Origin: Dehalococcoidia bacterium
GTDB lineage: Bacteria; Chloroflexota; Dehalococcoidia; Lucifugimonadales; Australimonadaceae
Direction: 5' to 3'
DNA length: 64,000 nt
Assembly: GCA_965249185.1 (NCBI GenBank)
Contig: CBDFLS010000001.1
Coordinates: forward strand, 445,918-509,917
The notes below the pieces were generated by a model. The model did not search any database, was not told the origin of the DNA, and was given only the letters and a program-made list of their open reading frames with translations. Positions 1 to 9,045 of this stretch are shown piece by piece (the stretch's first letter is position 1; each line of letters starts with the position of its first letter). The position numbers and the translations under genes are program-made.

Positions 1-2
1 GC

Positions 3-992
3 AACCCGTGGAACCCGGAACGGGTGGCCGGGGGTTCCAGCGGCGGCGCGGGCTCCTCCCTGGCCGCGGGGCTGAACCCCATCGCCCAGGGAAGCGACGG
101 CGGCGGCTCCATCCGCATCCCGTCGTCCTTCTGCGGGGTGTACGGCATCAAGGGAACGCAAGGGCGGGTCCCGCGCAGGTACAACGCCCTCATGGGCCAT
201 CTGCCGGTGAACTTCTCCCAGATAGGCCCCATGAGCAGGACGGTCCGTGACTCGGCCATCTTCCTGCAGGTGATGGCCGGGCCCCACCCCGACGACCCCG
301 GCAGCGCCATGGGCGAGCCCCCCGATTACATCACGGACTTGGAAAAAGGGGTGAAGGGTATGCGCATGGGTTGGAGCGCCGACCTGGGCTCCGCGGCGGT
401 GGACCCCGAGGTGGCGCGGGTGGTCGAAAAGGCCGCCATGGTGTTCGAGGAGCTGGGCGCCACGGTGGAGCGGGCGCCGTTCCATCTCGACATCGCGGCG
501 GCACAGGCCCTGTACCGAACGCTGGCCGGCGTGAGCCACTACCTGGCGTATGGCAAGGCCTTCGATGAGACGCCCGAGTTGCTGACGGACTACGCGCTCG
601 CCGACATCGAGACCGGGAAGGCGATCACGGGCAGTGCGTACGCGGCCGCGACCTCAGAGCTGGCGCGGCACCGAGCGCGGGTCGCCGAGTTCTTCGAGAG
701 CTACGACGTGCTGCTGACTCCGACGCTGGCGGTGCCCGCCTTCCCCTGCGGACAGCGGCCGACGGTCATCGGGGGGAAATCCGTGAACCCCAAGGGGTAC
801 TATCCCTTCACCTTCCCGTTCAACATGTCCGGCAACCCGGCCGCCAGCGCGCCCTGCGGCTTCTCCTCCGACGGCATGCCGATAGGGCTGCACATCGTGG
901 GCCGCCGGTACGACGAGGTCACGGTGCTTCAAGCCTCCGCCGCCTTCGAGCAGGCCCGGCCCTGGGCCGATAAGCGGCCGCCCATCTCGTAG
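3..992 (+). CDS. amidase-signature family amidase, 5' end cut by window edge
   Basis: Frame open from nt 3; NPWNPERVAGGSSGG...GSDGGGSIRIPSSFCGVYG matches the amidase signature region. Confidence 0.85.
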   Translation, partial: NPWNPERVAGGSSGGAGSSLAAGLNPIAQGSDGGGSIRIPSSFCGVYGIKGTQGRVPRRYNALMGHLPVNFSQIGPMSRTVRDSAIFLQVMAGPHPDDPGSAMGEPPDYITDLEKGVKGMRMGWSADLGSAAVDPEVARVVEKAAMVFEELGATVERAPFHLDIAAAQALYRTLAGVSHYLAYGKAFDETPELLTDYALADIETGKAITGSAYAAATSELARHRARVAEFFESYDVLLTPTLAVPAFPCGQRPTVIGGKSVNPKGYYPFTFPFNMSGNPAASAPCGFSSDGMPIGLHIVGRRYDEVTVLQASAAFEQARPWADKRPPIS

Positions 993-1033
993 GGCCTACA
1001 GGGCCAAGCGCACCTCACCTCGAAAGCAGGTCC

Positions 1034-1939
1034 ATGGAACCCCAATACATCGACCCGGTCCTCCTTGAGCAGGCCGAGAAGGCGGGAGTGACCATCGCTC
1101 CCGGAGACTGGCCCTCGGAGCGGGAGGTCGTGGCCAACGGCCTGCGGCTGCACTACCTCGATTGGGGGAGCGCGGACGCGCCCGTTGTGCTCTTCCTCCA
1201 CGGCGGCGCGCAGACGGCCCATATGTGGGACTTCTCGGCCCTGGCGCTCCGGGACCGGTACCGCTGCATCGCCCTGGACCAGCGCGGGCACGGCGACAGC
1301 CAGTGGGCCCCCGACGGAAAGTACTCCGGGGAGGACCAGCAGAAAGACCTGGAGGGCTTCATCGAGGCCCTGGGGCTCACGCACCTCACGCTGGTCGGCC
1401 TCTCCATGGGAGGAGTGAACGCCTACGTCCTGGCGGCCAACCACCCGGAATGGGTGGAGCGTCTGGTCATCGTGGACATCGGCCCGGAGAGCGGCAACGA
1501 GGGTGTCAGCCAGATCAGCGCCTTCGTGCAGCTCCCCGACGAGCTGGACTCGTACGACGATTTCGTGGAGCGGGTCCGCGGCTACCAGCCCTACCGTTCC
1601 GAGGAGCAGGTCCGGTCCAGCCTGAAGCACAACATCAAACAGCTCCCCAGCGGCAAGTGGACCTGGAAGTACGACCGTGCCTTCCGGGACCCCAAGCGGC
1701 TGCGCGAGCGTCTGCCCCCCGAGTACCACTGGGGGTGTCTGGAGCGCATCGACTGCCCCACGCTCATCGTCCGAGGCGCCGGGAGCCGCATCTTCCCCGA
1801 AGCGGTGGGCAAGCGGATGGTCGAGACGATGCGCAACGCCAGGATAATTACCGTTGAGAAGGCCGGCCACCGCGTCCCCGGTGACAATCCGGTGGCCTTC
1901 GAGCGGGCTCTCGCCGGCTTTCTGGACGGTGCCTCGTAG
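1034..1939 (+). CDS. alpha/beta-fold hydrolase
   Basis: 301-aa ORF; LFLHGG oxyanion region, nucleophile elbow GLSMGG, C-terminal GH; typical abhydrolase layout. Confidence 0.8.
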   Translation: MEPQYIDPVLLEQAEKAGVTIAPGDWPSEREVVANGLRLHYLDWGSADAPVVLFLHGGAQTAHMWDFSALALRDRYRCIALDQRGHGDSQWAPDGKYSGEDQQKDLEGFIEALGLTHLTLVGLSMGGVNAYVLAANHPEWVERLVIVDIGPESGNEGVSQISAFVQLPDELDSYDDFVERVRGYQPYRSEEQVRSSLKHNIKQLPSGKWTWKYDRAFRDPKRLRERLPPEYHWGCLERIDCPTLIVRGAGSRIFPEAVGKRMVETMRNARIITVEKAGHRVPGDNPVAFERALAGFLDGAS

Positions 1940-2001
1940 CGAAGCCGGCCCCCGCGCGACATCGCCGGGAGACCACGGGCCACCCCGCCGCCCTCGTCCT
2001 C

Positions 2002-2601
2002 TCACAGCACCTGAAAATGGGCCTCGGTGGGCCGCCGGTCGCGGCCGTTGATGGGGAGGATGTCCTGGGGACAGGCGGAGAAGGCGGCGACCAGGTCCAT
2101 CTCGGCGCGGAAGACCACGTAGTCGCCCGGCTTGCTGACCGGCTCCTCCCACGAGAGAGCGCCCGCCTCGTTCCAGGGTATGTTCATGAAGAGGTTGAGG
2201 GGGCTGGGCGTCTCCGGCTTTTCGAGTCCCAGCTCCGCCAGCCCGGCCGTGAGGTTGTCGGTGCAGTTGTCGTGGTACCCCTCGTAGCCCAGGAGGCCGT
2301 AGCGCGGGGCGTCGCAGGCGGCTATGAGCGTATCGTGGGCGCCGGGTGACGTATCCTCGACGAGGGTGAGCACCGGCCGCCGCTGGTTGGTGACCAGCGT
2401 ATCCCCAACCCGGGGCACGAGCCCCATGAAGTAGGCGCGGCTATGCTCCATGGACATGAGCTCGGTCAAGTCACCGGCGTTGAAGGCCCAAGTGTCGACC
2501 ACCTGCTCGCCGTGGGTGTTGATCACCTTGACCAGCCGCCCGCTTCCAACGCGGGCGGCCTTGCCCCGCCGAGCGGGGATGGTGACGAGCTCCGCTGCCA
2601 T
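2002..2601 (-). CDS. DUF1989 (urea-carboxylase-associated) family protein
   Basis: 199-aa ORF; overall resemblance to DUF1989 proteins (family call from memory, not searched). Confidence 0.6.
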   Translation of the reverse strand: MAAELVTIPARRGKAARVGSGRLVKVINTHGEQVVDTWAFNAGDLTELMSMEHSRAYFMGLVPRVGDTLVTNQRRPVLTLVEDTSPGAHDTLIAACDAPRYGLLGYEGYHDNCTDNLTAGLAELGLEKPETPSPLNLFMNIPWNEAGALSWEEPVSKPGDYVVFRAEMDLVAAFSACPQDILPINGRDRRPTEAHFQVL

Positions 2602-2884
2602 GGCCTGCCTCCACTGCGCTAAGAGCTGCCCGCTCCGCCGACGCCGGCACTATACGCCAAACGGGAGAGGCTGGAAATCCGGGTGGCTGGAGCGCCTCCG
2701 AGATTCGCCCAACAGCCCCATGCCTCGAACGCCATGTGCGTATAATGGGCCGGTGGTCTCCATTGCCGAAGAGGCGTGTCCTAATGACCTCCACAGCCGT
2801 AAATAGCGTGCGCGCCGCCGCTATCGTCAGCTTCTCCCACACGGTGGAGGGCAACCCCAGCGCGCCGTCCCAAGGGGGCGGGCC

Positions 2885-4225
2885 TTGAGACCGCTCCGTG
2901 GCGGCGTGGCGAGCATGGGCTACGGAGCGCTGGCCCTCATGCTGCTGGCCGCCGCCTGCGGCAGCCCAGCGCCCACGCCGGAGCCGACCCCCACCCCCAC
3001 TCCCGAGCCTCCGTCGCAGCGGGTGGCCTACGTGACCGGGAACTACGCCATTTTCACGGCCAAGCAGGACGGCGGCGGCGTGCAACGTTTGCTGGGTGAG
3101 GAGGCCGGCGCCGCCTCCGGCGAGGCCGGCACCGACGTGGCAGACAGCCGACCGCGCTACGCCTGGCCGACCTGGTCCCCCACCGGCGAGCACCTGGCCT
3201 TCAGCCGGGTACCCGGCACCGCCCGCGGGTCGGCCGCCGCGCTGATGGTGCTCACCATGAGCAACAGGCGGCTGGAGGCGGCCCACAACATGACGCCCGG
3301 GCACATAGGGCTGGTGGTCCAGAACGGCCCCCACTACACCCAGTGGTCGCCCGATGGCCGTCGCCTCACCTTCGTCGTCCCCGATAGCAACGGCCTGCTT
3401 GTCTACATGGTTACTGTCACCGGTCTACTGGTCCCTCAGGTCTTGATCGACCAGGCGCCCGTCTATTTCGATTGGGACCGGGAGTCGTCGAACCTCTTTA
3501 TCCACCGGCAGACCCAACTGTTCCAATACAGCCTGGCCGATGAGCAGATGACACCCATCGAGGAGCGGTCCGCGCTCTACCGCGTGCCGGCCATCGGTCC
3601 GGCGGGCGACCGAATAGCCTTTCTCGCGGAACGGGACGGCGTTACGACCCTCGTGGTCAGAACGATGGCCACGGGCGAGGAAGAGTGGCTCGCCACGGCG
3701 CCCCGGGAGACCGCCTTCATCTGGTCCCCCACCGAGCAATACATCGCCATCACCAGCAGGTCGGGAGCCGTCCCGGCGTTCTACGACGGGCTGGACCTTA
3801 TCAACGTAGACACCGGCGAGCGGCGGCGGCTCCTGGACGGTCTCGTCCTCTCCTTCTTCTGGTCGCCCGACGGAGAGCGGCTGGCGGTCATCCGTGGCCT
3901 GCCCGATTCCATCTCCTTCGAGTGGAGCGTGGTGGAGCTCGCCTCGGGCGACACGCGGCCCCTCACCACCTTCCTCCCCTCCGCCGATATGCTGAGCCTC
4001 CTGACCTTCTTCGACCAGTTCAGCACCTCTCACTCGCCGTGGGCCGAAGACTCCATGCACCTCGTCTTCGCGGGCCAGGTGCGGACGTCCACGGACGCCA
4101 GCTCGACCGGCGCCGCCAGCATCTACGTCCTGGACACCTCCGGTGATGGGACTCCCCAGGCTATCGCGGAGGGCAACCTGGCCATCTGGATCCCCAGCGC
4201 GGCTTCACATTACTTCGAAGACTAG
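2885..4225 (+). CDS. PD40/TolB-like beta-propeller lipoprotein
   Basis: Lipobox LLAAACGS, Pro/Thr linker, repeated WSPDG/WSPTG PD40-type motifs. Confidence 0.65.
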   Translation: MRPLRGGVASMGYGALALMLLAAACGSPAPTPEPTPTPTPEPPSQRVAYVTGNYAIFTAKQDGGGVQRLLGEEAGAASGEAGTDVADSRPRYAWPTWSPTGEHLAFSRVPGTARGSAAALMVLTMSNRRLEAAHNMTPGHIGLVVQNGPHYTQWSPDGRRLTFVVPDSNGLLVYMVTVTGLLVPQVLIDQAPVYFDWDRESSNLFIHRQTQLFQYSLADEQMTPIEERSALYRVPAIGPAGDRIAFLAERDGVTTLVVRTMATGEEEWLATAPRETAFIWSPTEQYIAITSRSGAVPAFYDGLDLINVDTGERRRLLDGLVLSFFWSPDGERLAVIRGLPDSISFEWSVVELASGDTRPLTTFLPSADMLSLLTFFDQFSTSHSPWAEDSMHLVFAGQVRTSTDASSTGAASIYVLDTSGDGTPQAIAEGNLAIWIPSAASHYFED

Positions 4226-4305
4226 CCGGGCGTGGCGCCGCCGAACAGGCGGGCGAGGCATCTCGAGCGCGTAAGCGGTGGCCGGAGCGGGGCCGTCCCC
4301 GAAGC

Positions 4306-5346
4306 TCACGTCGCACGGCCGGCATACCGGCGGCCGGAATCCTCGTGCAGGTAGCATGCCGCCAGGTGGCCGGGGCGGACCTCCTGCAGGGCCGGACGCT
4401 CCAGCTCGCAGAGGCCGGGCATGAACTGGGGACACCGGGTATGGAAGGGACAGCCGCCGGGGAGGTTTGCGGGGCTGGGGGCCTCGCCGGCGACCACGGG
4501 CCGGTGGCGGTGCAGGTTCGCGGGGTCCGGTTCCGGCACGGCATCGATGAGCGCCCGCGTGTACGGATGCAGGGGACGCTCGATTACGTCGTCGGGCCTC
4601 CCCTGCTCCACGATGCTGCCGCCATACATAACGGCGATCTGGTCGGAGAAATGTCTCGCGCTGGCGATGTCATGGGTGATGTACAGAAAGGCGATGCCGT
4701 AGCGCTGCTGGAGGTCGCGCATCAGGTAGAGGAGCTCCGCCCGGCTGGAGGCATCGATCATGGATACCGGCTCGTCGGCCACGATGTATTTCGGCTGCAG
4801 CACCAACGCGCGGGCGATGCCGACACGCTGGCGCTGGCCCCCCGAGAGGGTGTGGGGGTAGCTGGCCGCGAAGTTGGCGGCCGGTCGGAGGTGGACATCC
4901 TCCAACGCCTGGCGCACGCGGTCCATGCGCTCGGGTCTCTTGCCCAGGCCATGGACCACCAGCGGCTCCTCCACGGTCTGCGACACGCTCCGATAGGGGT
5001 TGATGCTGGAATACGGGTCCTGGAAGACGACCTGGGCCTGGCGCCGGAAGCCCTTGAGCTTCCCCTCTTCCAGGCGCGTGATGTCTTCGCCGTCGAACTG
5101 CACGGTGCCCCGCACCGGACTCACCAGCCGCAGGGAGACCCGGCCCAGCGTGGTCTTCCCGCTGCCCGACTCCCCCACCATGGCGAGGGTCTCGCCCTGT
5201 CGAATCGCTAGGGAGACGCCCGTAACGGCCCGGATGGTAACCGTTTGGAAGAGTCCCTTGCGTGCGTGGAAGTGGACGTCCACGTCCCGTAGCTCCACCA
5301 GCTCGGTGGCGCTTTTGCCCTTGGCGCTCGCTTCCTGTCCTTTCAT
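4306..5346 (-). CDS. oligopeptide/dipeptide ABC transporter ATPase (OppF/DppF-like)
   Basis: Walker A GESGSGKT, signature LSGGQRQR, Walker B YIVADEP, C-terminal oligopeptide-type Cys/His extension. Confidence 0.9.
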   Translation of the reverse strand: MKGQEASAKGKSATELVELRDVDVHFHARKGLFQTVTIRAVTGVSLAIRQGETLAMVGESGSGKTTLGRVSLRLVSPVRGTVQFDGEDITRLEEGKLKGFRRQAQVVFQDPYSSINPYRSVSQTVEEPLVVHGLGKRPERMDRVRQALEDVHLRPAANFAASYPHTLSGGQRQRVGIARALVLQPKYIVADEPVSMIDASSRAELLYLMRDLQQRYGIAFLYITHDIASARHFSDQIAVMYGGSIVEQGRPDDVIERPLHPYTRALIDAVPEPDPANLHRHRPVVAGEAPSPANLPGGCPFHTRCPQFMPGLCELERPALQEVRPGHLAACYLHEDSGRRYAGRAT

Positions 5347-5361
5347 GGTCTCCCGGCCCTC

Positions 5362-6408
5362 CTATCCCTCGGGGCTCTCGCGGGCCGCCGGCCGGCCGGC
5401 GGATGCCTCGGGGCCGTAGAGCCAGCAGCGAAGGGTCTGCGTGCCCCCCGCTTCCGACCAGACGGGCGTGTCGTGGGGGCAAGGCGCGAAGGCGGAGGGA
5501 CAGCGCGGGTGGAACCGGCATCCCGTGGGGGGCTCAACGAGGTCGGGCGGGCTCCCAGGCAGGAACTCCGGCTTGGCCGGGTCGTGAAGCCTGGGGATGC
5601 TGGAGATGAGTCGCTGCGTGTACGGGTGCTTGGGCTGGGTGAGCACCTCGTCCACGGTCCCCGACTCGATGTGCTCGCCGCCGTAGGCCACCACGATGCG
5701 GTCGCAGATGTCGCTGGCCAGCGCGATGTCGTGGGTGATGAAGAGCATGGCCATGCCACGCCGGCGCTTCAGGTCCTTCAGTAGATTGAGCACCTGGGCT
5801 TGGACGCTCACGTCCAGGGCCGAGGTGGGCTCGTCCAGAATGAGGAGCTGGGGGTCCATGATCAGGGCCATGGCCAGCACCACCCGCTGCTTCATGCCGC
5901 CGCTGAGCTCATGGGGGTAGCGCCGCAGCACCTCCGCGGGCAGGCCCACCAGTCCAAGCAGCTCCTCGGCCCGTCGGTACGCCTCCCGTTTCGACGAGCC
6001 GCCATCCTGCAACGCCCGCTCGGTGATCTGCTGGTCCACGCGAAGCACCGGGTTCAGCGAGTTCATCGCGCCCTGGAACACCATGGCCATGGTGCGCCAT
6101 CGGATCTCTTTTCGAAACTGCTCGCTGGAAAGCGACATGAGGTCCCTCCCCTTCCAGAGGAGCTGGCCCTGGTAGAGGACGACGTTCCTCGGCAACAGCC
6201 GCATGAGGGCCAGCGCCAGGCTGCTCTTGCCGCTCCCCGACTCACCCACTATCCCCAACGTCTCTCCCTCTCCCCCGATGGTGAAGGAGACCCCATCCAC
6301 CGCACGGACGGGCCCGGCGGCAGTCCTGTAGTGGAGCTTCAGGTCCCGGACATCTAGTAGTGGCGGCATAGGCTTGGCCTTAACGGGTGCCCCGACGGGC
6401 GGGATCAA
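5362..6408 (-). CDS. oligopeptide/dipeptide ABC transporter ATPase (OppD/DppD-like)
   Basis: GESGSGKS, LSGGMKQR, LLILDEPT. The start could instead be the ATG at 6369. Confidence 0.9.
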   Translation of the reverse strand: MIPPVGAPVKAKPMPPLLDVRDLKLHYRTAAGPVRAVDGVSFTIGGEGETLGIVGESGSGKSSLALALMRLLPRNVVLYQGQLLWKGRDLMSLSSEQFRKEIRWRTMAMVFQGAMNSLNPVLRVDQQITERALQDGGSSKREAYRRAEELLGLVGLPAEVLRRYPHELSGGMKQRVVLAMALIMDPQLLILDEPTSALDVSVQAQVLNLLKDLKRRRGMAMLFITHDIALASDICDRIVVAYGGEHIESGTVDEVLTQPKHPYTQRLISSIPRLHDPAKPEFLPGSPPDLVEPPTGCRFHPRCPSAFAPCPHDTPVWSEAGGTQTLRCWLYGPEASAGRPAARESPEG

Positions 6409-7858
6409 CGCGGGCGAAGGATGTGGAACCCATACGCCGGAGCCTCGGGTTCACCACCGGCTCCATGGCCAGGGCCAACAGCATAAAGGTCACGGCGGTG
6501 ATAACGATGAGCACTCCGGGAGGGACGATCCACCACCACCAGCCCAAGAAGACGGCGCCGGTCCTGAACCCCTGCTCCAGAATCTGCCCCCACGTGGGGA
6601 TGGAGGGGTCGCCCAGCCCCAGGAAGCTGAGTCCCGCCTCGGCCAAGATAGCGGCGGGCGCGAAGAAGATCATCTGGGCGAAGACGAAGGGCGCTGTGTG
6701 AGGAAATACGTGGCGGTACATGATCCTCCAACGGGACGCCCCCACGGCGACGGCGGACTCCACAAGCTGCCCGGAGCGAAGCTGCAGCACCATGGAGCGG
6801 ACCAGGATGGTGAGACCGGGCCAGCTAAATGCCACCAGGAACAGGATGATGAGCAGGAGATGGGACCCCAGTATGAAGACGAGAAAGATGAGCAGCGGCA
6901 GGAGGGGCACATTCGCCACGATATCGGTCAGCCGCTGGATGACCAGGTCGGTCTTGCCTCCCGAATAGCCGCTGATCACGCCCAGGGTGGTGCCGATGGC
7001 CGTTGTGGCCACCGACGCCAGCAGCGCGATAAGCAGAGCGATGGGCAGCCCGAAGAGGAGGCCCTGGGCCAGGTCTCTGCCCAGGGAGTCGGTGCCCATG
7101 AGCCCGAAGAGCGAGCCACCCACGACAAATTTCACCTGGTCCACCGAGTCCCGGGGGTCGCTCACGGTCACCCGCAGTATGAGCTCGTACCCGCCGTTGA
7201 GGAGGCGAAGCCCCTCCACGGCGGCCGGGTCGGGCAGGCCGACGATGGCCCGGGAGGTCGCGTCTCGAAACTGCTCCAGCGGCAGGCTTGCCCCGTATTC
7301 GTCCGCGAAGAAGTCCCGCATGGCCGCCGCCGTTTGCGGAGCGGCCGTGAGGGACACGCGCAGTGGTTCCTGATGGAACCGCTGGAAGGGCCCGGTCTCC
7401 TCTGAGCGGGGACTCGGCACCACCTGACGGTGCAGCGTCACCTCCGTGCCATCGGGCCGCGCCACGGAGGCGGCCAGGACCGGTGGCCGTCCGTAGTAGG
7501 TGACTCCCGCCACGCTGAAGTTCATGAATGTCGGCGGCTCGGCGGCGGTGAACTCCAGCGGCAGCCGATATGTCCGCACCTCGGTCGTGCCGGAAACGGC
7601 GACTTCGTCCGGCTCATCGCTGACCAGCGTGGCATGATGTACCGGTTTACGGCCGGAAAACAGACCGGTCCAGACCGGAGGGGCGCTCTTGGGGTTGTCC
7701 GCCCATACAGCCGGATTGTTCCACCTGCTCGTGCCGAAGTCCAGGGGGAAAGTGGCCACCACGTAGACCGATAGCGACACGAGCACCGTCAGCAGCGCCA
7801 CGCCGGCCTTGCCCGTGCCGCTGGAGAACAGCTCCCGGAGCATCCCGCGCAAGGTCAT
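6380..7858 (-). CDS. ABC peptide permease (OppC/DppC-like) with long N-terminal extracytoplasmic extension
   Basis: 492 aa; C-terminal half is a BPD-type permease core; overlaps neighbouring genes in operon fashion. Confidence 0.85.
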   Translation of the reverse strand: MTLRGMLRELFSSGTGKAGVALLTVLVSLSVYVVATFPLDFGTSRWNNPAVWADNPKSAPPVWTGLFSGRKPVHHATLVSDEPDEVAVSGTTEVRTYRLPLEFTAAEPPTFMNFSVAGVTYYGRPPVLAASVARPDGTEVTLHRQVVPSPRSEETGPFQRFHQEPLRVSLTAAPQTAAAMRDFFADEYGASLPLEQFRDATSRAIVGLPDPAAVEGLRLLNGGYELILRVTVSDPRDSVDQVKFVVGGSLFGLMGTDSLGRDLAQGLLFGLPIALLIALLASVATTAIGTTLGVISGYSGGKTDLVIQRLTDIVANVPLLPLLIFLVFILGSHLLLIILFLVAFSWPGLTILVRSMVLQLRSGQLVESAVAVGASRWRIMYRHVFPHTAPFVFAQMIFFAPAAILAEAGLSFLGLGDPSIPTWGQILEQGFRTGAVFLGWWWWIVPPGVLIVITAVTFMLLALAMEPVVNPRLRRMGSTSFARVDPARRGTR

Positions 7859-8910
7859 GAGCTGTACCTCACTCGCGGGTCCAGCACCACGTACAGGACC
7901 TCGAGCACCATGCGGGCCACCACGTACATCAGGGTGAATATGAACGTGAGGGCGACGATAACCGCCTCATCGGGCGTGCCGGCGATGGCGTCGAAGTAGA
8001 GCCGGCCCATCCCCCGCCAGTCGAAGACGGTCTCGATAAGGATCGCCCCGCCCAGGGAGCCGGTGAGCCCCAGGATGAGGCCGGTCACGATGGGAGGTGC
8101 GGCCACCCGCAGGATGTGACGCCGGATGACGACTCCTTCTGGCAACCCCTTCGCCCTGGCGACGGTGACATGGTCCTCCTGGGCCACGTTCAGCGTCATG
8201 GTCCTGACGGTGTACAGATAGGGGCCCACGCTGACCAGGACGAGTGAGGCAACGGGCAAAATGGCGTGCTTCAGTAGGTCCAGAGTGCGGCCGATGCCGC
8301 CCTCCGGCGGAGGCGTGCTGTACATGCCGCCCGCGGGGAGGATGCCCAGCTTGAAAGCGAAGACGAGGATCATGAGGATCCCTATCCACCAGGCCGGTGT
8401 CGCGAAGGAGATGGCCGAGAAGTAGGAGATGACGCGGTCCAGCTTGGAGCCGGCCCGCGCCGCCATCCGCGCTCCCACCGCCAGTCCCACCACGGCGGTG
8501 ATGATCATGGCAGTGGTCAGCAGCAGGACGGTATTGGGCAGCCGCTCCAGGATGATGTCTGAGACTCGGGGGCTTCCGGAGGAGCTCCTGAGCGTCCGGG
8601 CCTCGCCCAGATCAAGGGCGAGCACTCGGAAGAGGGTGTCGGGGAGCCGAGTGTACCATCGCTGGTCGACGCCATAGAAGGCCTCCAGCTCCTGCCGCTG
8701 GACCTCCAGCGTACGCTCCAGCTCGTCCGGATCGCGGATCGTCTGGGCCAGCGAGACCCGCAGGCCCCGCAGCTCCTCGCCCACCTGGGCGTTCAGCAGG
8801 CGGTCCGAAAATCCGGTGGCGCCCAGGCTGATGACCAGCAGCACCAGGACGGCCACCAGGACGCCGAGAAGCGTCAACCCCCGTATGGCTAACGGCCGGA
8901 CGAAGGACAT
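7855..8910 (-). CDS. ABC peptide permease (OppB/DppB-like)
   Basis: 351 aa polytopic membrane protein; 4-nt overlap with the downstream permease gene. Confidence 0.85.
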   Translation of the reverse strand: MSFVRPLAIRGLTLLGVLVAVLVLLVISLGATGFSDRLLNAQVGEELRGLRVSLAQTIRDPDELERTLEVQRQELEAFYGVDQRWYTRLPDTLFRVLALDLGEARTLRSSSGSPRVSDIILERLPNTVLLLTTAMIITAVVGLAVGARMAARAGSKLDRVISYFSAISFATPAWWIGILMILVFAFKLGILPAGGMYSTPPPEGGIGRTLDLLKHAILPVASLVLVSVGPYLYTVRTMTLNVAQEDHVTVARAKGLPEGVVIRRHILRVAAPPIVTGLILGLTGSLGGAILIETVFDWRGMGRLYFDAIAGTPDEAVIVALTFIFTLMYVVARMVLEVLYVVLDPRVRYSS

Positions 8911-9045
8911 GGCCGCAGGGCCTCCGCTTCTATACCAGAGAGGTCTCGGCTGCTTGAGGACGCCCAGCGAGCATGATGGGGCTCCTTTCTACCGGCGAAA
9001 GGGGGCGGCGAAAGGGGGCGGCCGCGGAAGGCCCTCACGCTTGGC

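Noticed and set aside
929-2152. Very long ORFs antisense to or overlapping annotated genes. Examples: 929..2152(-), 9484..11193(+), 21889..23502(+), 33095..34627(+), 34750..36432(+), 39841..40848(-), 62749..63963(+).
   Set aside because: Their translations are Arg/Gly/Pro/Ala-rich low-complexity strings with no motifs, while the opposite or other frame carries clear family signatures. These are the shadow ORFs typical of high-G+C DNA.
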